Assembly (NCBI GenBank): GCA_049512935.1
Contig: JBEKWR010000002.1
Span: forward strand, 1-64,000
Reading direction: 5' to 3'
Origin: Candidatus Bathyarchaeia archaeon
GTDB taxonomy: Archaea > Thermoproteota > Bathyarchaeia > Bathyarchaeales > Bathycorpusculaceae
DNA length: 64,000 bases
Positions 9,538-20,000 of the stretch are shown piece by piece (position 1 is the first letter of the stretch; every line of letters starts with the position of its first letter). Below the pieces are notes generated by a model, which was not told the DNA's origin, ran no database searches, and worked only from the letters and a program-made list of their open reading frames with translations. A program made the translations under genes and the position numbers.

Positions 9538-10485
9538 ATGAATGACTGTGAAAAGGCCCAGCACATCTCCAAATGCTTGCAGCTCGCGATTCTTCTTGAA
9601 GTCAGCGCCGAAAAACCAGGCAACGTCAACTTAACCTCGAGTTTCGAGGGAACAACTTGCCAGCACTTCTTAGCTTCAGCCATCGCTGCAGGACCAAGTT
9701 TCCAAGAAGCCGCTTACCGCGGAACCCAGGTAACAGAAGGCAAACTGCCAGTCAACGACGTTGAATTGGGACAACTTATAAAATCCTGCGCCAAAGAAGT
9801 TAGCGATTGGCAGAACGGCGGGAACACGATTCTCGGCACCATAATGCTGTTGATGCCGATAGCCGTCGCAGCAGGAATGACGCCGACAGGGAAAGATGCC
9901 CAGATAGATTTTTCTCTTTTGCGCAGAAACATCGGCTTGGCGGTTAAAGGAACAACGGCTTGGGACTCAGTTCACCTTTACGAGGCAGTTGACATTGCCA
10001 GCCCAAGCGGGTTAAACAAGGCACCAGACCTCGACGTAACCGACTCTCAGTCCAAGGAGCGCCTGCTAAAAGAGAACGTTACCTTGTTTGAGGTTTTCCG
10101 GTTGGCGGCATCATACGACGATATCTGCGCAGAATGGGTCAACAATTACCCCGTAACCTTCGACTTAGCCTATCCGTACCTTGCGGAACAACTGAGAACT
10201 AAACCCTTGGACACCGCGGTCGTTCACACTTTCCTAAAAATCCTCTCAGAGCGTCCCGACACGTTCATTGCGCGAAAAGTCGGCAGGGAAAAAACGTTGG
10301 AAGTTTCAGCGGGTGCCAAGGCTGTTTTGGAACTCGGCGGGTTAGACACAGCGAATGGCAAAGAAAGCCTCAGGCGGTTTGACCGTAAACTGCGGTCAAC
10401 CCAGAACAAGTGCAATCCAGGAACCACTGCAGACTTAACAGCCGCCGCGCTGGCGCTCTGCACCCTAAATGGATACCGACCCTGA
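9538..10485 (+). CDS. citG: CitG-family triphosphoribosyl transferase (archaeal type)
   Basis: LEVSAEKPGNV, GNTILG and C-terminal NPGTTADL motifs. Confidence 0.9.
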   Translation: MNDCEKAQHISKCLQLAILLEVSAEKPGNVNLTSSFEGTTCQHFLASAIAAGPSFQEAAYRGTQVTEGKLPVNDVELGQLIKSCAKEVSDWQNGGNTILGTIMLLMPIAVAAGMTPTGKDAQIDFSLLRRNIGLAVKGTTAWDSVHLYEAVDIASPSGLNKAPDLDVTDSQSKERLLKENVTLFEVFRLAASYDDICAEWVNNYPVTFDLAYPYLAEQLRTKPLDTAVVHTFLKILSERPDTFIARKVGREKTLEVSAGAKAVLELGGLDTANGKESLRRFDRKLRSTQNKCNPGTTADLTAAALALCTLNGYRP

Positions 10486-10583
10486 ACCTGCAGGTTTAAT
10501 TTGAAGGCAAGCCAATTTTTGGGAAGACTTTTTAAAACGTGCCTGTTAGTTTTAAGCCTATGTACATGAAAGCCTTCCACAAC

Positions 10584-11084
10584 ATGGTCAGGAGCAGGCG
10601 GTTTTGGACATGGACGATTGGAGGCGCAGTCATCTATGCCATCCCCGCCGCGATTCGAATCGCAACTGGCAGCGTTATCTTGCCCGTGTTGAGTTTGGTC
10701 GCGACTCCTTGGATCGGCATGTACGTTCCCGCGAATCTGGTTGAGAAAATTTTGGTTAATGCATTTTTCCCCGGCGGTGCAGGTGCTGTTGCAGGCGAAA
10801 TCTTTTTTTCAAACGCCCGCTCCAAAATCCTTGTGAGACGGGAAAAGTACGTTGCCCGTCTCTGCGGGGCTTTGTTGGCGGTGACTGTTTGGTCGCTGAT
10901 TCAGCTTTCAGGCGGCTTGCTGGATATTGCTGGGTCATGGGGCGGCAACCTCTTTGAGTACCCCTCGGTATTTCCGCTTAACTATCTTTTGGCTTCGCTT
11001 TCAATTTTTACCCCTACCATCCTTGGCTTCCTTAAAGACAAAATCTCATGGGTTTATCACAGGCTAAAACCTCACGCGCACTAA
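10584..11084 (+). CDS. Hypothetical membrane protein
   Basis: Several hydrophobic helices; start uncertain (10539, 10560 or 10584). Confidence 0.7.
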   Translation: MVRSRRFWTWTIGGAVIYAIPAAIRIATGSVILPVLSLVATPWIGMYVPANLVEKILVNAFFPGGAGAVAGEIFFSNARSKILVRREKYVARLCGALLAVTVWSLIQLSGGLLDIAGSWGGNLFEYPSVFPLNYLLASLSIFTPTILGFLKDKISWVYHRLKPHAH

Positions 11085-11272
11085 CGGATACACACCTTAG
11101 GCTGAACTTTGGTTTTTCTTTAACGTTAACAAGCGAGGTTTTCGTTGCCATATTGAGCTTCTCTGTTTCAGCTCTGACCCTTATAAAAGGGGATACATAG
11201 GCTCACATGGTTTCGTGATGTTACCAAAACAAGGGAGGCTTTATGATTATAAGCGAGAAAAACGAATAGTGT

Positions 11273-11848
11273 TTGGGGAGCAGTTTGCAGTTTCAACGAG
11301 TCGCTATTTATCTTCCGCTTTTGGGATTGCTTATTTTGGTTATTGCTCTTTACTTGCCTCAGATTTTTGTTAGCAATGTTCCTGGTTTGTCTTCAATGAG
11401 TTTTATGGATAAGACCACTGTGCTTCTCACGTTCGCGCTTGCTTCTTTTGCGGCAGTTGAAGGCTATTCAACATTCATGCGTGCTTCCATGGAAACTAAA
11501 TGGCATAAACTTGAAGATGCTAGAAACGAACTGGAGAAAGCTTATGGTCCATTGTACACATTGCTGAACAAAATCACTTCCTCAAGTGATGAAAAGAAAG
11601 GTTTTTGGCTGGAATTTGATGAGAGAAAAAAGGTTGATGAGATTATGGCAACGTACCCTTTTATGTTTTCATCTCAAATCAGCGAGTTGTGGCAACAAAA
11701 AATACGTAAACTCGGAACTTTGCTTGGAACTTCCGATGTCAGGTCTGTTCAGGAAATAAATCTGGATGTGTATGTTGAACTTAGAAACTTGATCAACTCG
11801 GAGTATGCTCGCAAAGTCACCGAATATCATAAGCTTCTGAAGACATAA
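11273..11848 (+). CDS. Hypothetical protein with two N-terminal TM helices
   Basis: 191-aa ORF, hydrophobic N-terminus, helical C-terminus. Confidence 0.7.
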   Translation: MGSSLQFQRVAIYLPLLGLLILVIALYLPQIFVSNVPGLSSMSFMDKTTVLLTFALASFAAVEGYSTFMRASMETKWHKLEDARNELEKAYGPLYTLLNKITSSSDEKKGFWLEFDERKKVDEIMATYPFMFSSQISELWQQKIRKLGTLLGTSDVRSVQEINLDVYVELRNLINSEYARKVTEYHKLLKT

Positions 11849-12031
11849 GAAGCCTATTTTGACTCTGCTTCGGGAGTCCCCTGCATGGATGTGTCTAAAG
11901 CATTTCTTTCCAATTGCATATAGCGAAATCAAGGCAGTTTCTGGTGAATGGAAAGAAAAATACTTAGCCTAGCAGCAGATTTATTTGCAGATTCCGATAA
12001 GATTAAATTTGTATCGCACTCACAGGGTACT

Positions 12032-15000
12032 ATGGACGTTAGCCAAGCGGAAAAGCAGCTAAGATGGCTTGAAGCAGCGAAATCTATAGAGCAAAATCTG
12101 ATGTCTGAATCTTGCACTGACAACATTGCTGCTGAACAGTGGCAAAGAATCGGCTTTTGTTACTCCTTTGCTTCCAGGCAGGCAGGAGATGTTGAAGATT
12201 TTAAGAAGTTGAGTCTATTATCAGTTGAGGCTTATGAAAAAGCAGCGAACCTTTACAGCGAAAATAAAGGGAAACGCGCTGCATGCTTTTCTTTTGCTGA
12301 ATACACTCGCTCTTGGCTATCGCCAAATTCTTCCGAAAAATCACGCATTTTGGAAAACTGCCGTAAATTTGGGCAGAATGCTCTTGAAGAATTCCGCGAT
12401 TCTGGCGATGACCTAAACTACGGAACAACAGCCAACACTTTGCTAGTATGCTTCTTTGAGTGCTGCAACATTGGTCCCACCTTGGAGGATAAAAGAAAAA
12501 TTGTTCAAGAAGGATTAGACTATGCGGATAAAGCAATCTCGGCATTATCGAGAACTGAGAAAAGCAGCGAGCTGGTCTTTGCTGTATCCGTAGCCAGTCT
12601 TCTTGCATGGTATGCTGCAAACATAAGTGAACACGAAGAGGAAAGAAAAGAATTTGCTATGCGATGTTTAAATTTTTCAGAAAAAGCCCGTGTTCTTTCA
12701 AAGGATGTTAGCGACCTCTATGTCAAGGCTATTTCACTGTGGGCAAAGACTCTTTCCACCCTTTTCTTCACTCAAAAGATTGAGTCTTGTAGCGAGTATG
12801 CTAAAGAAATGTTGCGGCTTGCTTCAGATGCTAGAGACAATTACTACAAAGGTGTTGCACTCTATCTCCTTGCATTCGTTTCAGATTGGATGGTTCCTGG
12901 CGAAGCTAACCCAGAGAAAAAGAGAGCACGATACGAAGAGATTATCAGATATTCTGAAGAAGGCATCAAGTACCTCAAATTGGTTAGCAATGATTCTCTT
13001 GCTGCAGATACCTACAGGTTCTACGCTGAAAGCCACTTTTACTTGGCACAGGAGTTTGCTCAAACCCCACTTGAAAAGCTTGCCCTCTCTAAAAAAGCCA
13101 TGCGGATAGGAGAAAAAGGGTTAGAGTTCGCAGTTAGGTCAGGTTCTCCAGATTCACTTGGCTCAGTGCTGCATGCCTTAAGCAAAGCATATCATTATTA
13201 TTCACTTCTTGAGCCAAGGAAAGAGGAAAAACCAATGCTGCTAAGAGACGCATTGGGCTATCGAAAAGAATATGTCCGAACAGTAGAACGGGCTTTTCCT
13301 TCAAACATCTGGATTCTTGGAGTCGGCTTGTTTTATGCGGGGAAAATAGAGGCTGATTTGGCTAACATGGAAAAGACTTCTGAAAACAAAGTCTTGCTTC
13401 TTGAAAGTGCAATATCTGATATTGACGCTGGAGTTACTTACTGCGACAAGTGGACTGCGTCAAGGCCTGTTTCCTCTCTTGTTGCAACAGTTGCCGATTT
13501 CGAGGACGCATATGGCGGAATTTTAAACGAGCGTTACTTACTGACTGAGCAAAAAGAAAGTTTAGAAAAAGCCAACAAAGTCTTCAATAGTGCGGCTGTG
13601 AAGTTTAGAAAAGTTGATTTGCCCAGTCGTGTTGCAGAGTCCTATTGGAAAATTGCAGGAAATCTAGATCAGGTCTGTGACTATGAGGGAGCAGCAGAAA
13701 ACTTTGAGAACGCCTTCGCTGGTTATAAAGCGGCTGCTCAGAAAGTTCAACTCTTCGGTGATTTTTATCTCGACTATTCCATTTATATGAAGGCGTGGAA
13801 TGAGATTGAATCAGCCAAGCTTGCTCATAACAGCCAAGAATTTGCGCTTGCGATGCAGCATTATGAGCGTACTTCGAATCTCCTTAAACAATCGAAGCTT
13901 TGGGGCTACTTGTCTTCTAACTTCCAAGCGTGGTCATTTTTGGAGCAGGCGGAAGACCTTAGTCGAAAAGAAATGTCCATGGAGTCGGTTGAAGTTCTCC
14001 AGAAAGCCATCAAACTTTTTCAGGAGTCAAAATGCATACTTAAAGTTGAACTTGACAAAATTGGTCGTAAAGACGAAAGAGAATTGGTTGAAAGATTAAT
14101 CAAAGCTTCAGCCATAAGAGAACAATATGGTTGCGCCAGAATTGCTGTTGAAGAAGCCAAAATTCTTGACATGCACGGCGAGCATAAGTCAAGTTCTGAA
14201 AAATACGGGTCAGCGGCTGAGATGTTCCGAAAGATCACGGAGGTGAGTTCTGAGGAAATTGGGAAAGAGCTAAGACCCCTCGTTTTTCTATGTCAAGCGT
14301 GGTGCAAAATGACTTTGGCAGATTCCAAGCATTCGCCAATACTTTACGAGGAGGCTGCTGAGCTTTTCAGGAGGGCTAAAGAGAGCACTACTGGGGAATC
14401 TGCTGGATTGTTGACGTTGGCTCATAGCACATTTTGTGAGGCTCTTGAGGCTGGAACCGAGTATGAAATCACCAGAAACATGGCGATGTATTCAGAAGCT
14501 AAAAAATACTTGCAGGAAGCTGCAAACTACTATTTGAAAGCGGGTTTTGAGGCGTCTTCGGAATATGCTCAAGCAACAGAACGCCTGTTGGATGCTTATG
14601 TGTACATGGATAATGCCAAAAACGAAATGGATTCGGACAAAGAGTCACGGTTATATTTGATGGCTGAAAAGGTGCTGCGTGATTCGGCTGATTGCTTTAC
14701 TAAGGCGAAATATCCAAGTAAGACTGAGCAGGTTATGCAGCTTCTTCAAACAGTCAGAGAAGACAGGGAGTTAGCCGTGTCGTTGAGTGAAGTGCTTCAT
14801 GCGCCCTCAATAACCTCGTCAACTGCTAGCTTTGCAACATTAAGCCCCGATGAAGAAACAGCAGCGGGGCTGGAGAGATTTGAGCATGGAGAAATCCAAA
14901 CCAAAGTAGTTCAGCATGGAACTGCCTTCAAAGTTGGGGAAGTTATAACTTTCGAAATTCAAATCTTGAACGTTGGAAAAGAAGCAGTTTCCTTGAACAG

Positions 15001-15928
15001 GATCGAAAATCTTCTTCCAGCAGGTTTTCAGCTGATTGGAAAACCCGATTACAGTTCTTTTGAAGGTCTAAATCTTCTGTTGAAGGGAAAACGGCTTGAA
15101 TCACTGCAGATAGATGAAATAAAAATTGCTTTGCGGTCAATCAGGAAAGGTATCGTTGAAGTCGAGCCGAGGATTGTGTGCATTGACGAAACGGGGCGCC
15201 AATTTTTCTACGATACGGAACCCGTATCATTTAACGTTTCAGAGGCGACTCTTTCAGGTCGTTTAAGTACGGGTTACGCGGACCTTGACAATTTGATGCT
15301 TGGCGGATTGCCCGAGAATTACGCGGTTATCTTAACTTCGCCTTCCAGCGATGAACGAGAACTGCTCATTAGACGTTTCCTTGAAGCTGGCGCAAAAGCA
15401 GGTCAAACCACTTTTTACATTACTGTTGAAGCCGGCATCGCAAAGGATTTGGCGGAGAATTTCCAATCAAACTTTTATCTTTTCATCTGCAATCCAAGAG
15501 CAGACGTGATGGTCAAAAATCTGCCCAACATTTTCAAGCTGAAGGGCGTAGAAAGCTTGACTGATATTGATATTGCTTTGACGAAGTCTTTTCGCTTGCT
15601 GGATCCCGCAAAAGTTGGTCCGAAAAGAGCTTGTATTGAAATTGTTTCAGATGTTTTGTTGCAGCATCATGCGGTTGTTACTCGAAAATGGTTAAGCGGG
15701 CTGATTCCCGAGTTGAAGTCTAAAGGGTTTACTACGTTGGCGGTTGTTAACCCTCAGATGCATCCTCAGGAGGAGGTTCAGGCGATTCTTGGTCTCTTTG
15801 AGGGAGAAATTAGGGTTTCCGAGAGGGAAACCGTGAAGGGTTTGGAGAAGGTTTTGAGGATTCGAAAACTTTACAATCAGCGTTATATGGAAAATGAATT
15901 GGTTTTGGACAGAGATAAACTGGAATAG
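12032..15928 (+). CDS. Large TPR-like helical-repeat protein with Ig-like domain and degenerate C-terminal KaiC/RAD55 domain
   Basis: About 950 aa of A/E/Y-rich helical repeats, a beta-sandwich (ITFEIQILNVGKE), then LSTGYADLDNLMLGGLP with SPSSDER replacing Walker A. Start 11948 or 12032. Confidence 0.8.
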   Translation: MDVSQAEKQLRWLEAAKSIEQNLMSESCTDNIAAEQWQRIGFCYSFASRQAGDVEDFKKLSLLSVEAYEKAANLYSENKGKRAACFSFAEYTRSWLSPNSSEKSRILENCRKFGQNALEEFRDSGDDLNYGTTANTLLVCFFECCNIGPTLEDKRKIVQEGLDYADKAISALSRTEKSSELVFAVSVASLLAWYAANISEHEEERKEFAMRCLNFSEKARVLSKDVSDLYVKAISLWAKTLSTLFFTQKIESCSEYAKEMLRLASDARDNYYKGVALYLLAFVSDWMVPGEANPEKKRARYEEIIRYSEEGIKYLKLVSNDSLAADTYRFYAESHFYLAQEFAQTPLEKLALSKKAMRIGEKGLEFAVRSGSPDSLGSVLHALSKAYHYYSLLEPRKEEKPMLLRDALGYRKEYVRTVERAFPSNIWILGVGLFYAGKIEADLANMEKTSENKVLLLESAISDIDAGVTYCDKWTASRPVSSLVATVADFEDAYGGILNERYLLTEQKESLEKANKVFNSAAVKFRKVDLPSRVAESYWKIAGNLDQVCDYEGAAENFENAFAGYKAAAQKVQLFGDFYLDYSIYMKAWNEIESAKLAHNSQEFALAMQHYERTSNLLKQSKLWGYLSSNFQAWSFLEQAEDLSRKEMSMESVEVLQKAIKLFQESKCILKVELDKIGRKDERELVERLIKASAIREQYGCARIAVEEAKILDMHGEHKSSSEKYGSAAEMFRKITEVSSEEIGKELRPLVFLCQAWCKMTLADSKHSPILYEEAAELFRRAKESTTGESAGLLTLAHSTFCEALEAGTEYEITRNMAMYSEAKKYLQEAANYYLKAGFEASSEYAQATERLLDAYVYMDNAKNEMDSDKESRLYLMAEKVLRDSADCFTKAKYPSKTEQVMQLLQTVREDRELAVSLSEVLHAPSITSSTASFATLSPDEETAAGLERFEHGEIQTKVVQHGTAFKVGEVITFEIQILNVGKEAVSLNRIENLLPAGFQLIGKPDYSSFEGLNLLLKGKRLESLQIDEIKIALRSIRKGIVEVEPRIVCIDETGRQFFYDTEPVSFNVSEATLSGRLSTGYADLDNLMLGGLPENYAVILTSPSSDERELLIRRFLEAGAKAGQTTFYITVEAGIAKDLAENFQSNFYLFICNPRADVMVKNLPNIFKLKGVESLTDIDIALTKSFRLLDPAKVGPKRACIEIVSDVLLQHHAVVTRKWLSGLIPELKSKGFTTLAVVNPQMHPQEEVQAILGLFEGEIRVSERETVKGLEKVLRIRKLYNQRYMENELVLDRDKLE

Positions 15929-15984
15929 CAGTTCTGAAGTGGTTTGCTGTTTTTAAAATGGTGGGATGCCACAAGAATGTGTGG

Positions 15985-16743
15985 CTATTTTTCTCTCAAG
16001 ATTGACATTGTTGGGAACACTTCGATCCCTGTTCTGTCAATTGTGTACGGAACAAGGTTTGGATTTACACTTACGCCTCGCATTTTTTCAACTTGCATCC
16101 CCCTTGCAGTGGTTCCTCCAATGAAGAGGGTTTGCATTATGACAACGCCGTGAACTAGAAATTCTTCATCTGAGATTTTTCGTTCGAGTCCCAGTTGACC
16201 CAGTTCTGTGGTGACGAGGATTGTGCCGCCCATGTCTGAGAGGGCTTCAATCAAATCTATGCCGGCAGTTCTTCGTTCGGTTGTGTCTGTGAACCTGTAG
16301 AACATTGAAGCAAGAGTGTCTATCACTACCCGTTTCGCATTTATCTGTTTGATCTTTAATTGCAGTTCTTCTACTAGTTTGTCAATTTCAAGTGATTTGC
16401 CTCGGAGACTGCTTGATTCGGTTTTCATCATTTTTTCTTTCAACATGGCTACTCTTGATAGTCGGGTAGCGTCTACAAATGCGAACTTGCCTTCTTCCTC
16501 GGCTTTCTTGAAGTCCCAGCCGAAGTTGAGCATTTCAGAGTAAAAGTGATTTTTGGCTTCGTCTAAACTGACTAGTATTCCGTTTTCGTTGAAGTCAGTG
16601 ATTCCTTTGTAGAGGAACTGTGCTGTGAGAACGGTTTTTCCAGTGCCTGGTCCTCCTAAGATCAAGATTACTCTCCCTTTCGGGAAACCTCCACTTACCA
16701 ATTCGTCTAATCCTGGAACTCCAGTCGGCGTCGTTTCTGACAA
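15985..16743 (-). CDS. KaiC/RAD55-family ATPase
   Basis: TGVPGLDELVSGG, Walker A GGPGTGKT, Walker B VVIDT, KMRG motif. Confidence 0.92.
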   Translation of the reverse strand: MSETTPTGVPGLDELVSGGFPKGRVILILGGPGTGKTVLTAQFLYKGITDFNENGILVSLDEAKNHFYSEMLNFGWDFKKAEEEGKFAFVDATRLSRVAMLKEKMMKTESSSLRGKSLEIDKLVEELQLKIKQINAKRVVIDTLASMFYRFTDTTERRTAGIDLIEALSDMGGTILVTTELGQLGLERKISDEEFLVHGVVIMQTLFIGGTTARGMQVEKMRGVSVNPNLVPYTIDRTGIEVFPTMSILREK

Positions 16744-17003
16744 TTAGTTCACCGTCAAAAAAGTCTTTTATTACATATTTATAAGTTGTGTTGAAAAAGT
16801 TTTTGCCCTGTGCCTTTTTCAAACGTGTATTTTTGTTTGGGTTTGGTTGATTCAACGGATTTGCAGTTTTTTGGCAAAGAGGATGTTTCCACACCAAGAT
16901 AGCGGCAAGATATATACTATTTAGATAAAACTTATATCCCCTAAAAAGCATATAAGCGCTTGCTGTAAATATAACTCGTTCAATTCAATTTGTTTCGTGA
17001 GGA

Positions 17004-20000
17004 GTGAGGGAGCAGACCTTGAGGAGAAAAAGACTGTACACTATGCTTGCACTAGTTCTCTTGACTGGCATTATGGTTTTGGTGTTCCTTGGAGCATTTA
17101 ATGTGGCTAAAGCAAACAATCAAAGCAGTGATTCAAACGGAGACCCCAACACATGGTCCATGTTCCGCAACAACTTAAGCCACACAGGCTACACCTCGTC
17201 CACTGCTCCAACAACAAACATGTTGAAATGGAGTTACAGAATAGGCGGCGGCGTTGAGTCGTCTCCTGCCGTTGTCAATGGGGTAGTTTATGTTGGCTCA
17301 AATTGGGGTGACTTTTGCGCTTTTAATGCCTCAACTGGCCATAAGATTTGGGACTATGTAAGAGGCGGTGGAGGCTTTTCGTCCCCTGCCGTTGCTAACG
17401 GCGTAGTCTACGTGGGGTCAACGGACGACAACGTGTATGCTCTGAATGCTTCAACTGGCAGTTTCATTTGGAGCTACCCAACTGGAGACGAAGTGATGTC
17501 TTCCCCTGCGGTGTCCAACGGTGTGGTCTACGTAGGTTCATGGGACGATAATGTCTATGCTCTTAACGCTACAACAGGTGGCGAAATATGGAGTTACACA
17601 ACGGGTGACCGCGTATATTCGTCTCCTGCAGTTGTTAGCGGTGTGGTCTATGTAGGCTCAGACGACGGCAACCTTTATGCCCTTAACGCCACAACAGGCA
17701 ACATAATATGGAGTCACTTCAACGACGACACAGTTGACTGGGTCGCTTCTTCTCCCGTCGTTTCTAACGGCGTTGTCTACACCGCCTCATACTTTCACGG
17801 ATATGTGTACGCATTGAACGCTTCAACAGGTAACGAAATATGGAGCTGCACATTAGACGGCGGAGTATTTTCGTCCCCCGCTGTTGTTGGCGATGTCCTC
17901 TACGTCGGCGGGAGCTACGGTAACGTGTATGCGTTGAATGCTTCAACCGGCGGGCAGATTTGGAGTTTCTTTGCTGGTAACAGCGTGTGGTCTTCTCCTG
18001 CTGTTGCCGACGGTATAGTCTACATAGGCTCGGAGAACAGTAACGTCTATGCTTTGAATGCTTCCACAGGCAGCCCGATTTGGAATTACCAAACGAACGC
18101 CGTAGTGGATTCCTCTCCTGCTGTCGCTGATGGCGTGGTCTACATAGGCTCCGATGACGGAAACGTGTACGCTTTCGGTACGCCCAATTATAGTGCCTCT
18201 GCCTTGTTCAGCAGCATCAATCAGGGGCAGACTGACCTCTTAACTTCATCTGCAACTAGTGGTGACTGGTTTGTTTATCCTCCACGAAGTGAGGGCTACG
18301 AGGAAATTTATGATTCGTCTCCTGCAAGCTACGTTTTTAATTCCTCAGGAGCTCCTTTGGGAACTTGGCGCTTTGAGATTCAATCGACCGACGACACAGG
18401 CGCAATCACATACTCTAACGTTGTTACGGTGACGGTGAATCGTGCTTTGGCTGCTCCGACGGTTTCTGCTTTGGCGAACCCGATTGATCAGGGTCAGAGT
18501 AGCGTTTTGATTTCTTCGGCTATGTCAACGGGCGCGCCGCCTTACTCGTATCAGTGGTTTAGCGAGGCTCCAAGTGCCTCCGGGTTTTCACCTATTCAGG
18601 GCGCAACCTCTGCGAATTACATGTTTGATTCTACAGGAGCGACTTTGGGAACTTGGAGTTTTAATCTACAGGTGAATGACAGTACGGGTGTCTCTGTAAC
18701 TTCTAATACGGCTACGGTTGTGGTCAACGCTGCGGCGCCTTCTGTTGATGCTTGGTCGATGTTTCATCACGACCTAAGCCACTCTGGCTACTCAACTTAT
18801 GCAGGCCCAACGACAAACACAGTAAAATGGAGCTTCTACACAACAGGCGACAGCGTAGAATCGTCTCCCACTGTTGTTAACGGCGTAGTCTATGTAGGCT
18901 CAGGTTGCGGCTATGTTTATGCCTTGGACGCAACAACAGGTAATCAAATCTGGAACTTCTCAACAGGCGGCTGGGTGGAGTCGTCTCCTGCCGTTGTCGA
19001 CGGCGTAGTCTACATAGGCTCAGAAGATGGCAACGTCTATGCCTTGAACGCTGCAAACGGCAACCAACTCTGGAACTACACAACAGGCGGCGGTGTGGAT
19101 TCATCTCCCCGTGTTGTCAACGGCGTAGTCTACATAGGCTCTGGCGACAGCAACGTGTATGCTTTGAATGCTTCAACAGGCAGCATGATATGGAGTTACA
19201 CCACAGGTGGTGGCGTATGGTCTTCTCCTGCCGTTGTCAACGGCGTGGTCTACGTAGGCTCATTCGATGGCAACGTCTATGCCTTGAACGCTTCAACAGG
19301 GGCATACATCTGGAGCGACGCAACGGGCGGCTTGGTGCGGTCTTCTCCTGTTGTTGTTGGCGGCGTAGTCTATGTGGGCTCATTTGACGACAACGTATAT
19401 GCTTTTAATGCCACGACAGGCGCAAGAATATGGATCTCCGCAACATTTGGTTGCATAGTATCTTCTCCTGCTGTTGACGGTGGCGTGGTCTACGTAGGCT
19501 CAGAAGATGGCAACGTGTATGCTTTGAACGCTGCAAACGGCGACCAACTCTGGAGCTACACAACAGATGGCCGAGTGATTTCATCTCCCGATGTTGCAAA
19601 CGGCGTGGTCTATGTAGGCTCAGATGACGGCAACCTGTACGCTTTGAACGCTACAGACGGCAACCCACTCTGGAGCTACACAACTGGCGGCGTTGTGTGG
19701 TCGTCTCCTGCTGTTGTCGGCGGCGTAGTCTACATAGGCTCAGAAGCCAATTACGTGTATGCTTTAAACGCAACAACAGGCACACAAATCTGGAGTTGCT
19801 TTATAGGTGGCTCTGTAGATTCGTCTCCCACCGTTGCCGGCGGCATGGTCTATGTAGGCTCATACGACGACAAGGTGTATGCTTTGGACGCTGCAACAGG
19901 CGACATAATGTGGAGCTATCCAACTAGTGGTCCCGTGTGGTCCTCTCCTGCTGTTGCAGGCGGCGTGGTCTACGTAGGCTCGGATGATGGCTGCGTCTAT

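Noticed and set aside
15985-16743. Circadian clock KaiC
   Set aside because: Single-domain ATPase with no kaiA or kaiB; it fits the general archaeal KaiC/RAD55 family.
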